From the NCBI GenBank assembly GCA_963827655.1, contig CAWHCF010000023.1, positions 160,001-224,000 of the forward strand: a DNA stretch of 64,000 bases, written 5' to 3'. Position 1 is the stretch's first letter. Each line of letters opens with the position of its first letter. Shown here piece by piece: positions 20,135-30,770 of this stretch. The stretch comes from an uncultured Acidobacteriota bacterium (GTDB taxonomy: Bacteria > Acidobacteriota > UBA6911). The translations under genes and the position numbers were made by a program. The notes under the pieces are model-generated. The model had not been told where the DNA came from. It saw only the letters and a list, made by a program, of their open reading frames with translations, and did not search any database.

Positions 20135-21601
20135 TTATTTCCGGAGCCAGTAGGAGTTCGGACCGCTCATCTTCGTCACGCGCCCGTCCGGACCGACGGT
20201 GAACGTGACCAGTTCGCCTACCGCCCCATAGCTCGCCCCGGGACTTGTCATGCGAAAGGTGTGCAGGCCCACCGGTTCGAGCACGGAGCGGGATTCCCAG
20301 GGGTTATCCGTTTCCGGAACAATCACCATCAGGATGCCATTCAGAATCCGGACCTCGACGTCCGAATGCTTCCACGTGTATGTGCCGGTATATTTCTCCC
20401 AGGCCGGATCCGGAGCCGCTGTCACCTTCGGCGGCGCGGTCGCCTGTTTGACGGCGGGGGTCAGGATTGTGAATGCCTGGTCGACGTAGCGAATCGGATC
20501 GCCGTCATTGGCATTGGTCAACACGATGATGCCGAGCTTGTCGGCGGGCGCGATCTCGATCTGGGTGCGATGGCCGGGAAGACTGCCGCCGTGTCCGACT
20601 CTGACCTGCTCGCCGGACCGCCGGACCGAGAAGCCCAGTCCCCAGCCGCTGCGCCAATCCGGGCGCAGCCACTGCACGCGGTGCATCTCACGCAAGGTCG
20701 ACGTTTTCAAAATCTGGTTGCCGCCCAGCGGCTTATCCCGCAGCTGAAGCGAAACGAACTTCGCCAGGTCCTCAACGTTCGAGGCCAGGTTTCCCGCGGG
20801 ACGGACTCCATCAATATCGACGAAAGGTTCCAGGTCGCGCGCAGCGCCGGGCACACGCCGTCCATAACCGAGGGCCAGCCCGGGCGTGTCCGCCTTCGGG
20901 AGCGCAAGGGTAGCGGTCATCCCGAGGGGCTGGAGAATATGCTTGTCAACGTATTGAGGCCAGGGCTCCCCTGAGACTGCGGCAACCACTTCGCCGGCGA
21001 GTGAGAGCGCGAGGTTCGAGTACTTCCACTCCGTCTCGGCTGGAAAAACCGTCTCCTGCTCGGCCAGACGGCGGACCATCTCGTCGCGCGTCGGAAAGGT
21101 GAGGTCACTCCAGTTGGTACCCCACGCCTCGCGCGGCAGTCCTGAAGTATGGGTAATTAGGTGCCTGATGGTAATCACAGGACCCGCATGTGTCTGGCGG
21201 AGCTTGAACCAGGAAAGGTGCTTCGCAACCGGGTCATCGAGTTGCAGCTTGCCTGAATCTCGCAGCTGCATGATTGCGGTCGAAGTGAAGAGCTTTGAAA
21301 TCGAGGCGATGCGATAGAGCGTCGCAGGCGTGGCCGGGGTCTTCTTCTGCAAGTCGGCAAACCCGTATCCTTTGGCCCAGATCAGATCCTGGTCGTGAAC
21401 GACGCCGATAGAGAGTCCGGGTTGCTCGCGAGTTGCGGCGGTAGCCACAACCCAGGAATCCAGCACCTGCAGCGCCGCCGACACTTCGGGCCGCTGCGCG
21501 AGTCCCCTGCCCGCCGGTTCGTCGGCCTTTCCCGGACGCAACCCGGGAGAAAGGGCCGCTACCAGGATGGCGCCTGCAAAGAATCGAGAAAGATGTGCCA
21601 T
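20135..21601 (-). CDS. Serine hydrolase, beta-lactamase family
   Basis: Signal peptide; SISK (SxxK), LITHTSGL, YSN, HGG. Confidence 0.92.
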   Translation of the reverse strand: MAHLSRFFAGAILVAALSPGLRPGKADEPAGRGLAQRPEVSAALQVLDSWVVATAATREQPGLSIGVVHDQDLIWAKGYGFADLQKKTPATPATLYRIASISKLFTSTAIMQLRDSGKLQLDDPVAKHLSWFKLRQTHAGPVITIRHLITHTSGLPREAWGTNWSDLTFPTRDEMVRRLAEQETVFPAETEWKYSNLALSLAGEVVAAVSGEPWPQYVDKHILQPLGMTATLALPKADTPGLALGYGRRVPGAARDLEPFVDIDGVRPAGNLASNVEDLAKFVSLQLRDKPLGGNQILKTSTLREMHRVQWLRPDWRSGWGLGFSVRRSGEQVRVGHGGSLPGHRTQIEIAPADKLGIIVLTNANDGDPIRYVDQAFTILTPAVKQATAPPKVTAAPDPAWEKYTGTYTWKHSDVEVRILNGILMVIVPETDNPWESRSVLEPVGLHTFRMTSPGASYGAVGELVTFTVGPDGRVTKMSGPNSYWLRK

Positions 21602-21790
21602 AGAATCCTCCCTTATCCGGCAGGCAATATACCACTCCTTGTGCCTGAGGGTCTCCCGAGGCTCAAAGATTATGGTGTACGCTGCATAGTGGATGGCCTA
21701 CAATCCGCCGGACGCCTGAAGCTTGGACGCGATCCTCTTAATGGTTAACGCCATTCTCACGAAAAATTGGAGGAACAAAGTTTAGCGAAT

Positions 21791-23503
21791 ATGGGAATAA
21801 GCAACAATCATGCGATCTGGAAAGCAGAGGCCGAAGGGATCGATCTCCTGAATACAACGATCGGCGATCTCCTCGATCAGCAGGCGGCGGCGATTCCCGC
21901 CAAGGAAGCGCTGGTCTACAACTATCCCGAATTGGGCCTGAATCTCCGCCTTACCTATCACCAATATCGCGAAGAAGCCGATCGGCTGGCGAAGGGGCTC
22001 CTGGCACTCGGCATCGAAAAAGGCGAGCACGTAGCCGTGTGGGCGACCAATCTTCCGGAATGGGCGCTGCTCGAGATGGCCGTCGCCAAGATCGGCGCGG
22101 TGCTGGTGACGATCAATACCAATTACCGAACCGCCGAACTGGAGTATGTGCTGCGGCAGGGGGACATCACGACCCTGTTCATGATCGAGGAGTTTCGCGG
22201 CAACTCTTACCTTGATGCGATCTACAGCCTGCTGCCAGAACTGAAGAGCCTGGGAGACCCGGTTCACGAGCCGGTTCTGAGCGCCAGCCTGCCCTGCTTG
22301 AAGCGAGTGATCCTGATCGGCGAGCGTCTGCAGCCCGGTCTTCTTCCTTATTCGCAGGTTGCCGCGCTGGGGGAGAATCTTCCGGACGAAGCGCTGAGAC
22401 GGCGTCAGAAGAGCGTGGAGCCCCAGGATGTCGCCCAGATGCAGTACACGAGCGGGACGACCGGTTTCCCCAAGGGCGCCACGCTGACTCATCACAGCCT
22501 CGTCAACAACGTGTTTCTGTTTGCAACGCGAGGAAACATCGGTTCCGAGGAGCGTTACCTGACTGCGATGCCGTTCTTCCACACGGCCGGGTGTGTCATG
22601 GGCGTTCTGGCGGCTCTGGTCACGGGAAGCACCTTGATTCCCTTGATTGCCTTCGACCCGGTCAAGGAACTCGAGCTGATTGCGGCCGAGAAGGCGACGT
22701 TTTCTCTTAACGTGCCGACGATGTTTGCGGCCATGCTTAATCATCCTCGCTTTCTTGCCGGTGAGTTCGATACTTCTTCGCTGCGCCACCTGGCTTGCGG
22801 CGGCTCGCCGGTGCCTGTGGCCTTGATGGAGCAGGTCAAGAACCGAATGGGCGCCGACACCTGGGTCGCGTATGGTCTCACGGAAGCCAGTCCGATCATC
22901 ACCCAGGCGATCCCAGCCGACAGTTTCGAGCTGCGATCCGCTACGGTTGGCTTGCCCCTCCCTCACACGGATGTCAAGATCATCAACCCGCAAACGGGCG
23001 AACCGGCACTCCTGGGCGAAGCCGGCGAGCTGCTGACTCGCGGCTATCTGGTGATGCAAGGGTATTACAAGATGCCGGAGAAAACCGCCGAGTCGATAGA
23101 TGCCGAAGGCTGGCTGCGCACCGGAGACCTGGCCACCATGAACGCGCAAGGCTATATCAATATCGTCGGGCGAGTGAAAGACATGATTATTCGAGGCGGC
23201 GAGAATCTATTCCCGGCCGAGATAGAAGCATTTCTGATGCGCTATCCCAAGGTCGCCGAGGCTCAGGTCGTGGGTGTGCCGGACAGCCGTATGATCGAAG
23301 AGGCCGCAGCGCTGTTGAGACTCAAACCCGAAACCAGCGCCGACGAGAACGAAATTCGGGAATACTGCCGGAAGGGCATCAGCCGACACAAGATTCCAAA
23401 GTACATCAGGTTCGTGACCGAGTTTCCGCTCACTGCCAGCGGCAAGGTAAAAAAGTTTGAACTGCGGGCACAGCTCATCCGGGAGCTTGGACTGGAGCAC
23501 TGA
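21791..23503 (+). CDS. AMP-binding acyl-CoA synthetase
   Basis: YTSGTTGFPKG, YGLTE, GWLRTGD, GRVKDMIIRGGEN, TASGK. Confidence 0.94.
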   Translation: MGISNNHAIWKAEAEGIDLLNTTIGDLLDQQAAAIPAKEALVYNYPELGLNLRLTYHQYREEADRLAKGLLALGIEKGEHVAVWATNLPEWALLEMAVAKIGAVLVTINTNYRTAELEYVLRQGDITTLFMIEEFRGNSYLDAIYSLLPELKSLGDPVHEPVLSASLPCLKRVILIGERLQPGLLPYSQVAALGENLPDEALRRRQKSVEPQDVAQMQYTSGTTGFPKGATLTHHSLVNNVFLFATRGNIGSEERYLTAMPFFHTAGCVMGVLAALVTGSTLIPLIAFDPVKELELIAAEKATFSLNVPTMFAAMLNHPRFLAGEFDTSSLRHLACGGSPVPVALMEQVKNRMGADTWVAYGLTEASPIITQAIPADSFELRSATVGLPLPHTDVKIINPQTGEPALLGEAGELLTRGYLVMQGYYKMPEKTAESIDAEGWLRTGDLATMNAQGYINIVGRVKDMIIRGGENLFPAEIEAFLMRYPKVAEAQVVGVPDSRMIEEAAALLRLKPETSADENEIREYCRKGISRHKIPKYIRFVTEFPLTASGKVKKFELRAQLIRELGLEH

Positions 23504-23527
23504 AAGAAATGAGGACTGCGTAAGACT

Positions 23528-23790
23528 TGAAGTGCGCTAGCTTGCTTAGAGGATGTGAAAAAATTCGGTCTGTGGCGCGGGTCATCAGACCCGTCGCAAG
23601 TAACGTGATCGGGAGGATTTAAAGTTCTTTTGTGCCACTAGGGGGCCGGACGGGCTTGATAGCCCGTCCGCACATGAACCAGGCGAGTTTTGCAACAGTC
23701 TCAATCAGACCCGCGCCACAAAAGCCAAAGGGTTGGCGTTCAATCGAGAGCGCAACACAAGGCGCAAGCAAGCTTGCGCACTCCAAGGGG
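23528..23790. repeat. Nested REP/MITE composite
   Basis: In order: half REP AGTGCGCTAGCTTGCT; IS1182-end-like 18-mer (23548-23565); REP arms TGTGGCGCGGGTC (23571-83) and GACCCGCGCCACA (23708-20) enclosing MITE-2 (23587-23701); intact reverse REP GGCGCAAGCAAGCTTGCGCACTCCA. Confidence 0.7.
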
Positions 23791-23891
23791 AGTGCTTCGC
23801 GAGTTCCAATTCAGGTGTTACACTTCACTAGCCAAGCCGCGCGATATCGCGGGTGATTGACGAGTCGAAGAAACCAGGAGGTTCGATTGCG

Positions 23892-26800
23892 ATGAAAAGG
23901 AACCTTGTCCTTCCTGCGCTCATCCTGGCTGCGGGATTCTCGATCTTGACGTTCAAGGTCAGCTCCCAGGGGCCGGCAGTACTCGAACTCAAGAAAGGGG
24001 ACAACATCTGCATCGTCGGCAACACGCTGGCCGACCGGATGCAACACTCGGGCTGGTTCGAGTCGCTGGTTTACTCCGCGTTTCCCGGTTACGATCTCGT
24101 CTTCCGCAATCTGGGCTTCGCGGGCGATGAGCTGACGGTGCGGCAGCGGTCCGAGGGCTTCGGCTCAACCGACGATTGGCTCAAGCATGAGAAGGCGGAC
24201 GTCGTCCTCGCGTTCTTCGGTTACAACGAATCGTTCAAAGGGGCCGCTGGTGTGGCGGCGTTCAAGAAAGACCTCGAGAAGTTCGTCAAGGAGACACAGA
24301 AGCAGAATTACAGCGGGAAGGGAGCGGCGCGCGTCGTGCTCTTTTCCCCCATCGCCGCCGAGAAACATACCGATCCGAATTTCCCCGATCCGGCGCCGCT
24401 CAACCGCAATCTAGAGCTCTACACCGCCGCAATGTCAGAGACGGCCAAATCATGCGGCGTGCCGTTCGTTGACCTCATGGCGCCGTCGGCCGCCGCCTAT
24501 GCGAAGTCAGGAGAGCCGCTGACGGTCAACGGCGTCCACCTGACCGACGAGGGTTACCGGGCGCTTGCGCCGGCGATGTTCGAGGCCCTTGTCGGCAAGA
24601 GCGCGCCCCCGATGAAGGGAGAGGCTTTCGAGAAGCTCCGCGCGGCAGTTAACGCAAAGAATTGGGTATGGCACTCGCGCTACCGCACCATGGACGGTTA
24701 CAACGTATATGGCGGGCGGTCGCACCTGAAATACGAAGGCGTGAAAAACCGTGACACGATGCAGCGCGAGATGGAGATGCGCGACGTGATGACGGCCAAC
24801 CGCGACAAGCGCGTCTGGGCCGTCGCGCAAGGGAGAGACATCGAGGTCAGGGACGACAACCTCCCGCCGCCCGTCGAGGTAAAGACGAACAAGCCGGGGC
24901 CCAATCCCGACAAGACGTTTCCGTTTCTGGGCGGTGAAGAGGCGATCAAGCGCATGAAGCTTCCGCCTGGCTGCAAGGTGAACCTCTTCGCCTCCGAGGA
25001 GCAGTTCCCCGACCTGGAAAAACCCGTTCAGATGGCGTTCGACACGCGCGGGCGGCTCTGGGTGGCGGTGTGGCCCAACTACCCGGAGCGCACGCCACAA
25101 AGCACGAAGGGTGACAGCCTGCTCGTTTTCGAGGACACCAACGGCGACGGCCGGGCCGACAAGGCCACGCCTTTCATCACGGACCTGAATTGCCCGACGG
25201 GATTCCAGTTTTACAAGGACGGCGTGCTGCTTGTGCAGGCCCCTAACCTGTGGTTCCTGCGCGACACGGACGGCGATGGCCGCGCGGACTCGAAGCAAGT
25301 CGTGCTCAACGGGCTGGACTCGGCCGACTCGCACCACACCTCCAATTCGGTCGTGCTCGATCCGGGCGGGGCGATCTACTTGAGCGACGGAGTCTTCCAC
25401 CGCACCCAGGTCGAAAGCCCCTGGGGGCCGCCCATCCGAAACATCGACGCCGCGATCTTCCGCTACGAGCCACGCGCGGGCAAGTTCGAGACGTACGTTG
25501 CCTACGAATTCGCCAATCCCCACGGGCGCGTGTTTGATTACTGGGGCAACGACCTGGTCACCGACGCGACGGGAAACCACACCTATTTCGGCCCCGCCTT
25601 CAGTGGCCGCATTGACTTCCCGGCGAAGCATGCCGCCTTGCGCCAGTTCTGGGAGCGCCCCATGCGTCCCTCCCCCGGGACCGGTATCCTGTCGAGCCGC
25701 CATTTTCCCGAGGATTTCCAGAACAATTTTCTCAACCTCAACGTCATCGGCTTTCAGGGTATTTATCGCGTTCGCATGCGGGAAGAGGGATCCGGGCTCT
25801 GGGGCGACATGATCCAGCCCCACCTGGTTGAATCCGACGATCCCAACTTCCGGCCTGCTGCCATTGACGTCGCGCCCGACGGATCGCTCTACTTTCTCGA
25901 CTGGCAGAACCCGATTATCGGCCACATGCAGCATCACCTGCGCGACCCGAACCGGGACCACAGCCACGGCCGCATTTACCGCATCACGTATGAAGGACGG
26001 CCGCTGCTCACCCCCGCGCCCATCGCGGGGCAGCCGGTCGACAAGCTGCTCGAACTGCTCAAGGAACCGGAAAACGGCGTCCGCACGCGGGCCAAGATCG
26101 AGCTGGGAGCGCGAGACCCGGGCGAGGTCATCGCCGCAGTAAAGAAGTGGTCGCGCCAGTTCGACGCCGCGAAGCTTGAAGACCAGCATCATCTGCTCGA
26201 GGCCCTGTGGGTCCATCAGTGGCACAACGTGGTGGATGAATCGTTGCTGCGGCAGATGCTCAAGTCGCCCGAACCACGCGCGCGGGCGGCGGCGGTGCGC
26301 GTGCTTTGCTACTGGCGCGACCGCGTGAGCGACTCGCTCGCGCTCGTGCGACTCGCGGTCAACGACCCGTCCCCGCGAGTCCGGCTCGAGGCGATCCGCG
26401 CGGCCAGTTTCTTCCAGGGGACGCCCGCCATCGAGGCGGCCTGCGATGTCCTGAAACACGAAATGGACTACTACCTCGATTACACCTTCAAGGAAACAAG
26501 GGAGCAGTTGCAGAAGTCGGTCAAGGGAGTTTTCCTTCCCAGCGATCCCAAAGCGCTTACCGCGCTTCCGTCCCGCCTGTCGGACAAGGACCTGCTCGAT
26601 GCTCCCGGCGTGGAGCCGGTTCTCATCGAGCGTCTGGAGCGCCCATTCCTGGACATCAAGGTCCGTACGGCCTCGCTGACGGCCCTGGCGGAAAGCCGCA
26701 AGAGCAACCCGACACTCGAGGCGATTGCGATTCTCAAGCGCCTCGACGCCGGACAGCGCTCTGCCTCGGCGGCCGAGAACATCGGCTATCTTCTGGCTGC

Positions 26801-27893
26801 GCTGCCCCCCGCCGACCTGGCGAAGTCACGCTCGACGTTGGGGGGTCTTGCGGCAGGCGGGAAGAAGATTCCGGTCCGCCGGGCGGCCTACGCCGCGCTT
26901 GTGGCTGCGGACGGCAAACCGGATGCAGTCTGGGCCGACACGGCGAAGGATCCCGCCTCGCGGGTTGTGCTGATTGATTCCATCGGGCTTCACCCGGATG
27001 CCGACTTCCGTGCCGCCTTCGGACCGCTTTTGGACCAGTCGGCCGCGGACGCCTCGACGCCCGCCCGCGTCCGCACTTCGGCGCTGCTCGCCCTGCCCCT
27101 CATGGGACCGAAACGCGCGAGCGCGGCCTTCCGAGTGCTCGCGGAGAATCTTCGCACCGGACGCGACCTGGCTGCTTCCTCGCGCGCGATCATGCAGCTA
27201 CCCCGCGCTTCCTGGTCCTCCCAGGCGGCCGGACCGGCGGCCGGCGGCATTCTTGCCTGGGCCAAAACCGTTCCGGCAAACAAACGCATGAACGACGATT
27301 TCGTGGTGACCGTGCAGGCGGGGCGCGAACTGGCGGCCCTGCTTCCGCCAGTCGAATCGCTCCGGCTGCGCAAGGAGCTCCTCGCCCTCGGCGCCCAGGT
27401 CTTTTCGCTGCGCGCCGTTCGTGAGCAGATGCGCTATGACGTGGCGCGCATCATCGTAGAGGCGGGCAAGCCGTTCCAGATTATGTTCGAGAATTCCGAC
27501 ATGATGCCGCACAACGTGGCGGTTGTGGAGCCGCGCGCGCGTGAGGATATCGGCCGGAAGGCCGACGCGATGCCCGCTGTGGCCGACAGACGGGGCCGCC
27601 TCTTCGTGCCCGACGACAAGCGCATCCTGGCCGCGACCGAGATGGTCGAGCCCGGCCGCATCGCGACCCTCAAGCTGGTCGCGCCGCAGAAGCCCGGCGA
27701 CTACGAATACGTCTGCACGTATCCCGACCACTGGAAAACGATGTTCGGGCAACTTCTGGTAGTGGATGACCTGGAGGCCTTCATGAAGAGCCCGAAGGCC
27801 ATGGAGCCGCCGCGTCAGACCGCGGCCGCGGCTCACGGGAAGAACCATGCCGCGCCTGCCGACTCGCCTCGGCCCGCCAATACTCCACGGTGA
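23892..27893 (+). CDS. PVC-type multidomain protein: SGNH-like + beta-propeller dehydrogenase-like + HEAT repeats + cupredoxin
   Basis: GNTLAD...GYNE...NGVH (SGNH-like); VNLFASEEQFP, DTNGDGRADK, DHSHGRIYRI; HEAT region; C-terminal PHN...CTYPDHWKTM type-1 copper motif. Confidence 0.85.
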   Translation: MKRNLVLPALILAAGFSILTFKVSSQGPAVLELKKGDNICIVGNTLADRMQHSGWFESLVYSAFPGYDLVFRNLGFAGDELTVRQRSEGFGSTDDWLKHEKADVVLAFFGYNESFKGAAGVAAFKKDLEKFVKETQKQNYSGKGAARVVLFSPIAAEKHTDPNFPDPAPLNRNLELYTAAMSETAKSCGVPFVDLMAPSAAAYAKSGEPLTVNGVHLTDEGYRALAPAMFEALVGKSAPPMKGEAFEKLRAAVNAKNWVWHSRYRTMDGYNVYGGRSHLKYEGVKNRDTMQREMEMRDVMTANRDKRVWAVAQGRDIEVRDDNLPPPVEVKTNKPGPNPDKTFPFLGGEEAIKRMKLPPGCKVNLFASEEQFPDLEKPVQMAFDTRGRLWVAVWPNYPERTPQSTKGDSLLVFEDTNGDGRADKATPFITDLNCPTGFQFYKDGVLLVQAPNLWFLRDTDGDGRADSKQVVLNGLDSADSHHTSNSVVLDPGGAIYLSDGVFHRTQVESPWGPPIRNIDAAIFRYEPRAGKFETYVAYEFANPHGRVFDYWGNDLVTDATGNHTYFGPAFSGRIDFPAKHAALRQFWERPMRPSPGTGILSSRHFPEDFQNNFLNLNVIGFQGIYRVRMREEGSGLWGDMIQPHLVESDDPNFRPAAIDVAPDGSLYFLDWQNPIIGHMQHHLRDPNRDHSHGRIYRITYEGRPLLTPAPIAGQPVDKLLELLKEPENGVRTRAKIELGARDPGEVIAAVKKWSRQFDAAKLEDQHHLLEALWVHQWHNVVDESLLRQMLKSPEPRARAAAVRVLCYWRDRVSDSLALVRLAVNDPSPRVRLEAIRAASFFQGTPAIEAACDVLKHEMDYYLDYTFKETREQLQKSVKGVFLPSDPKALTALPSRLSDKDLLDAPGVEPVLIERLERPFLDIKVRTASLTALAESRKSNPTLEAIAILKRLDAGQRSASAAENIGYLLAALPPADLAKSRSTLGGLAAGGKKIPVRRAAYAALVAADGKPDAVWADTAKDPASRVVLIDSIGLHPDADFRAAFGPLLDQSAADASTPARVRTSALLALPLMGPKRASAAFRVLAENLRTGRDLAASSRAIMQLPRASWSSQAAGPAAGGILAWAKTVPANKRMNDDFVVTVQAGRELAALLPPVESLRLRKELLALGAQVFSLRAVREQMRYDVARIIVEAGKPFQIMFENSDMMPHNVAVVEPRAREDIGRKADAMPAVADRRGRLFVPDDKRILAATEMVEPGRIATLKLVAPQKPGDYEYVCTYPDHWKTMFGQLLVVDDLEAFMKSPKAMEPPRQTAAAAHGKNHAAPADSPRPANTPR

Positions 27894-27960
27894 CTTCGCG
27901 CGCAGCCGGAGATGCGGGAGTTGCATATGATATTGGCTCAGACATGTTTCGCGAGCACCC

Positions 27961-28103
27961 TGTGGCGACGGGCCATTGGCCCGTTGCAAGTAACGTAATC
28001 GGCATGCCTTAACCTTAAAAAGTTCAGTTTGTGCCCCTCGGGGCGCAGGACTTGATAGCCCGTCCGCACATATCGGGGTGCGTATCTTCGGCCTGTCCCA
28101 CAC
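27961..28103. repeat. Diverged REP + MITE family 2 copy
   Basis: TGTGGCGACGGGCC...CCCGTTGCAAGTAACGT...CCTTAAAAAGTTCA...CTTGATAGCCCGTCCGCACAT matches 40382-40500. Confidence 0.7.
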
Positions 28104-28306
28104 AAGTCAAAGGTCTTCCGGTCAATGGAGGCCATTCGCGCAATTTCTTTCACACCCTTTGAGCGGCGGCGCCTTTTGTGCATTTCGTATCCGGCAGACG
28201 CATCGGCCGGACCGTCTTGTGACCCGTAAAGGACCGGGCTATCCTTGCCGCCATCTTACACACTGGGAGACTCAGTGCATCGGACTCGAGAATCGGAGTT
28301 ACCGTT

Positions 28307-29052
28307 ATGAGCGAAATCGGGTTGACGCGCCGTGAGATTCTGCGGCTCATGGGCGCGCCGTTTCTGGTGAATCTTTGGTTGGGGGAAGATCCATGGCTGC
28401 GCCTGAAAAACTGATATCCGCGACCAATGCCGTGGATCATCTTCTGCTCGGGGCTTCCGATCTCGATCAAGGCATTGCCTGGGTCGAGAAGACAACCGGC
28501 GTAAAGGCCGTTGCCGGCGGCAGCCATCCCGGCGTCGGCACGCGCAATGCGCTGTTATCGCTGGGCGGAAAACAGTATCTCGAAATCATCGCGCCTGATC
28601 CGGCGCAGACCGCGTTCAACTTTCAGATTGATGTCAGGAAGCTGGCTGTGCCTCGATTGATCACCTGGGCGGCGGTTACCACAGACGTCAACGCGGTTGC
28701 CAAAATCGCGCGAGAGGCGGGCCATCAAATCTTCGGGCCGCGCGACGGTTCGCGCGCAAGACCAGATGGAAAAACCCTCAAATGGAAGACGATGGGAGTG
28801 ATGAATACTCTCGGCGTTCAGGGTGTCGAACCGGTTCCATTCTTTATCGAATGGGCTGCGGACTCGCTCCATCCGTCCCAGGATTCATCAAAAGGATGCC
28901 GGCTGAGTTCGATTGAGTTGGAACATCCTGACCCTGCTGCCGTGCGGGAGATGCTGGGGAAACTCGGCATCGAGATCGAGGTGAAACCGGCGAAGGAAGC
29001 GCGCCTGAAAGCCGCGCTCGATACGCCCAAAGGGAGAGTCGTACTGAGCTGA
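28307..29052 (+). CDS. VOC family (glyoxalase_3-like) protein, probably Tat-exported, frameshift near 28375
   Basis: VDHLLLG, GGSHPGVGTRNAL, YLEIIAPDP, PFFIEW. Upstream out-of-frame leader MSEIGLTRREILRL with GGAG RBS. Confidence 0.8.
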
Positions 29053-29104
29053 TTTTAAACAACTACCACCAGGACACCAAGACACGAAGAAACAAGCGCA
29101 CGCT

Positions 29105-29909
29105 TCACCGCCCGGGGTCCCGCCGGGCCTTGCGTCCGTAGCCCAGTTCCGCGCCGCCCGAAAGAATGTGATCCACGCCCGTGGTAAAGGTCGCCTCCGC
29201 CGCAATGAAGAGGCACAGCCTGCCGGCCTCCTCGATGGTGCCCATCCGACCGAACAGCTGGGCCGCATCACCATCGGCGCGGCACTTTGCCGGATCGGGC
29301 GCGGCATCGATCGCTTCCTGCCACAACGGCGTATAGATATTCCCCGGCGACACTGAATTGACGCGCACCCCGTGGATGGCTTCATCGATTGCGAGAGCCT
29401 TGGTGAAACCCGTGATCGCGCCCTTGGTCGCGACATAGGTTGTGGCATGGAGCTGGCCCATGGCTTCCTACCAGGCTCGACATATTGATGATGTTGCCTT
29501 TGGATTTGCGCAGGTGCGGGAGGGCGAATTTGCACGCGGCAAAGAGGCTGACCAGGTTGAGCTCGAGAAGATCTCGAAAATCCTGGATCGAGAATTCATC
29601 AATCGCTTTGTGGGGCGGGTGCCAGCCGGCATTGTTGACCAGACAGTCGATGCGCCCGAATCGGGCGACCGTTGAATCGATCAGGTTGCGAACATCCTCC
29701 ACCTTCGAGACATCGCATTGGACGAAGTGGGCCTGGCCGGGACCTCTGGCGTTCAGCTCTTCCGCCAGGGCGTCCCCTTCGTCCTTCCCCCGCGAGCAGA
29801 ACACCACTTTCGAGCCCGCCTCGACAAACACCTGCACGCAACCCTTGCCAATCCCCTTGCTGCCGCCGGTGATGACTGCGACCTTGTCCTGATACCGCAT
29901 GCCCTTCAT
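29105..29909 (-). CDS. SDR oxidoreductase (HSD17B14/L-fucose dehydrogenase-like), frameshift near 29460
   Basis: TGGSKGIG, NNAGWHPPH, NMSSLVG, then YVATK and SPGNIYTPLW in the second frame. Confidence 0.85.
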
Positions 29910-30079
29910 CTTCGCAGACCCTCTCAGCAACGTAAACGCCGATTCGGAGCCCAACCACACCCCGACGCAGTTTGAAGAATTAGCGACGGCGTCATTGTTG
30001 TCGGTGGATGCAAGCATACACGAAGGGCCCACTGCGAATCGCATCTTATCGTGCCATCTCGCTTGCGAATTCCTGGGTA

Positions 30080-30345
30080 CTCAGTAAAGCCGATCGATAC
30101 GGCGCCCTTCTACGCGGCCCAGTTCTTTCCCATCACGCGCAAGAGCATGGGCGGGGTCGACGTGGATCTCGACTGCCGCGTGCTGGACATATCGGGCAAG
30201 ATGATTCCTGGTTTCTACGCTGTGGGCGAGGTCACCGGCTTCGGCGGGATCAACGGAAGGGCGGCGCTCGAGGGCACGCTCCTGGGCCCGGGCATCTACA
30301 TGGGTTGGATTGCCGGGCGCAGGATTGCACAGGGGCTCGCGTCGC
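30080..30345 (+). pseudogene. C-terminal fragment of an FAD-dependent dehydrogenase (KstD/flavocytochrome-like)
   Basis: PFYAAQF...KSMGGVDVD...IPGFYAVGEVTGFGG...LEGTLLGPGIYMG; no N-terminus. Confidence 0.7.
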
Positions 30346-30439
30346 GCCCGCCTCCTCAGCCGCCTTTTTCCGACAGAACCGCCCGGACCGGCGCCGGCGG
30401 GCTCCGCCGTCGAGCCGGTGGTTCCCGCCGGGTGGGACC

Positions 30440-30662
30440 ACGACCGCGCGGCGGCCGCCGTCTCGACCTTGCGCGCAAACTCCGCGGGGTCGGCGCGGAT
30501 CAGGTCGAACGTGTCGTAGTGCATCAGGATGTTCACGCGCGCGCCATGAGGAACTCCGTCGCCTTGACCGCGTCGTCGATCCCCATCGTGAAGTTGTCGC
30601 CGATCGGCAACAGCGCTGCGTCGAGCGGGCCGCAGGTCTCGGCGATCAGCTTCATGTCGTCT
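30440..30662 (-). pseudogene. C-terminal fragment of an MBL-fold metal-dependent hydrolase (UPF0173-like)
   Basis: Minus-strand [37 protein letters not shown]...MHYDTFDLIRADPAEF. Confidence 0.7.
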
Positions 30663-30663
30663 T

Positions 30664-30770
30664 GAGCTGGAAATCCAAATCGATGCGCTGGATGCTGCCC
30701 ACGCGCAGGGCATCATCACGGCCACGGCGACCTCAAGCCGGCGGACATCTTTGTTACCCAGCGCGCCGCC
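30664..30770 (+). pseudogene. Ser/Thr kinase catalytic-loop fragment
   Basis: Degenerate [29 protein letters not shown], resembling HRDLKPANIFVT. Confidence 0.55.

Noticed and set aside
24507-26459. Long antisense ORFs (650 aa here; also 21782-23149, 37499-38749, 6019-7077, 61969-62961)
   Set aside because: Shadow frames of well-supported genes on the opposite strand in GC-rich DNA, with no recognisable motifs.
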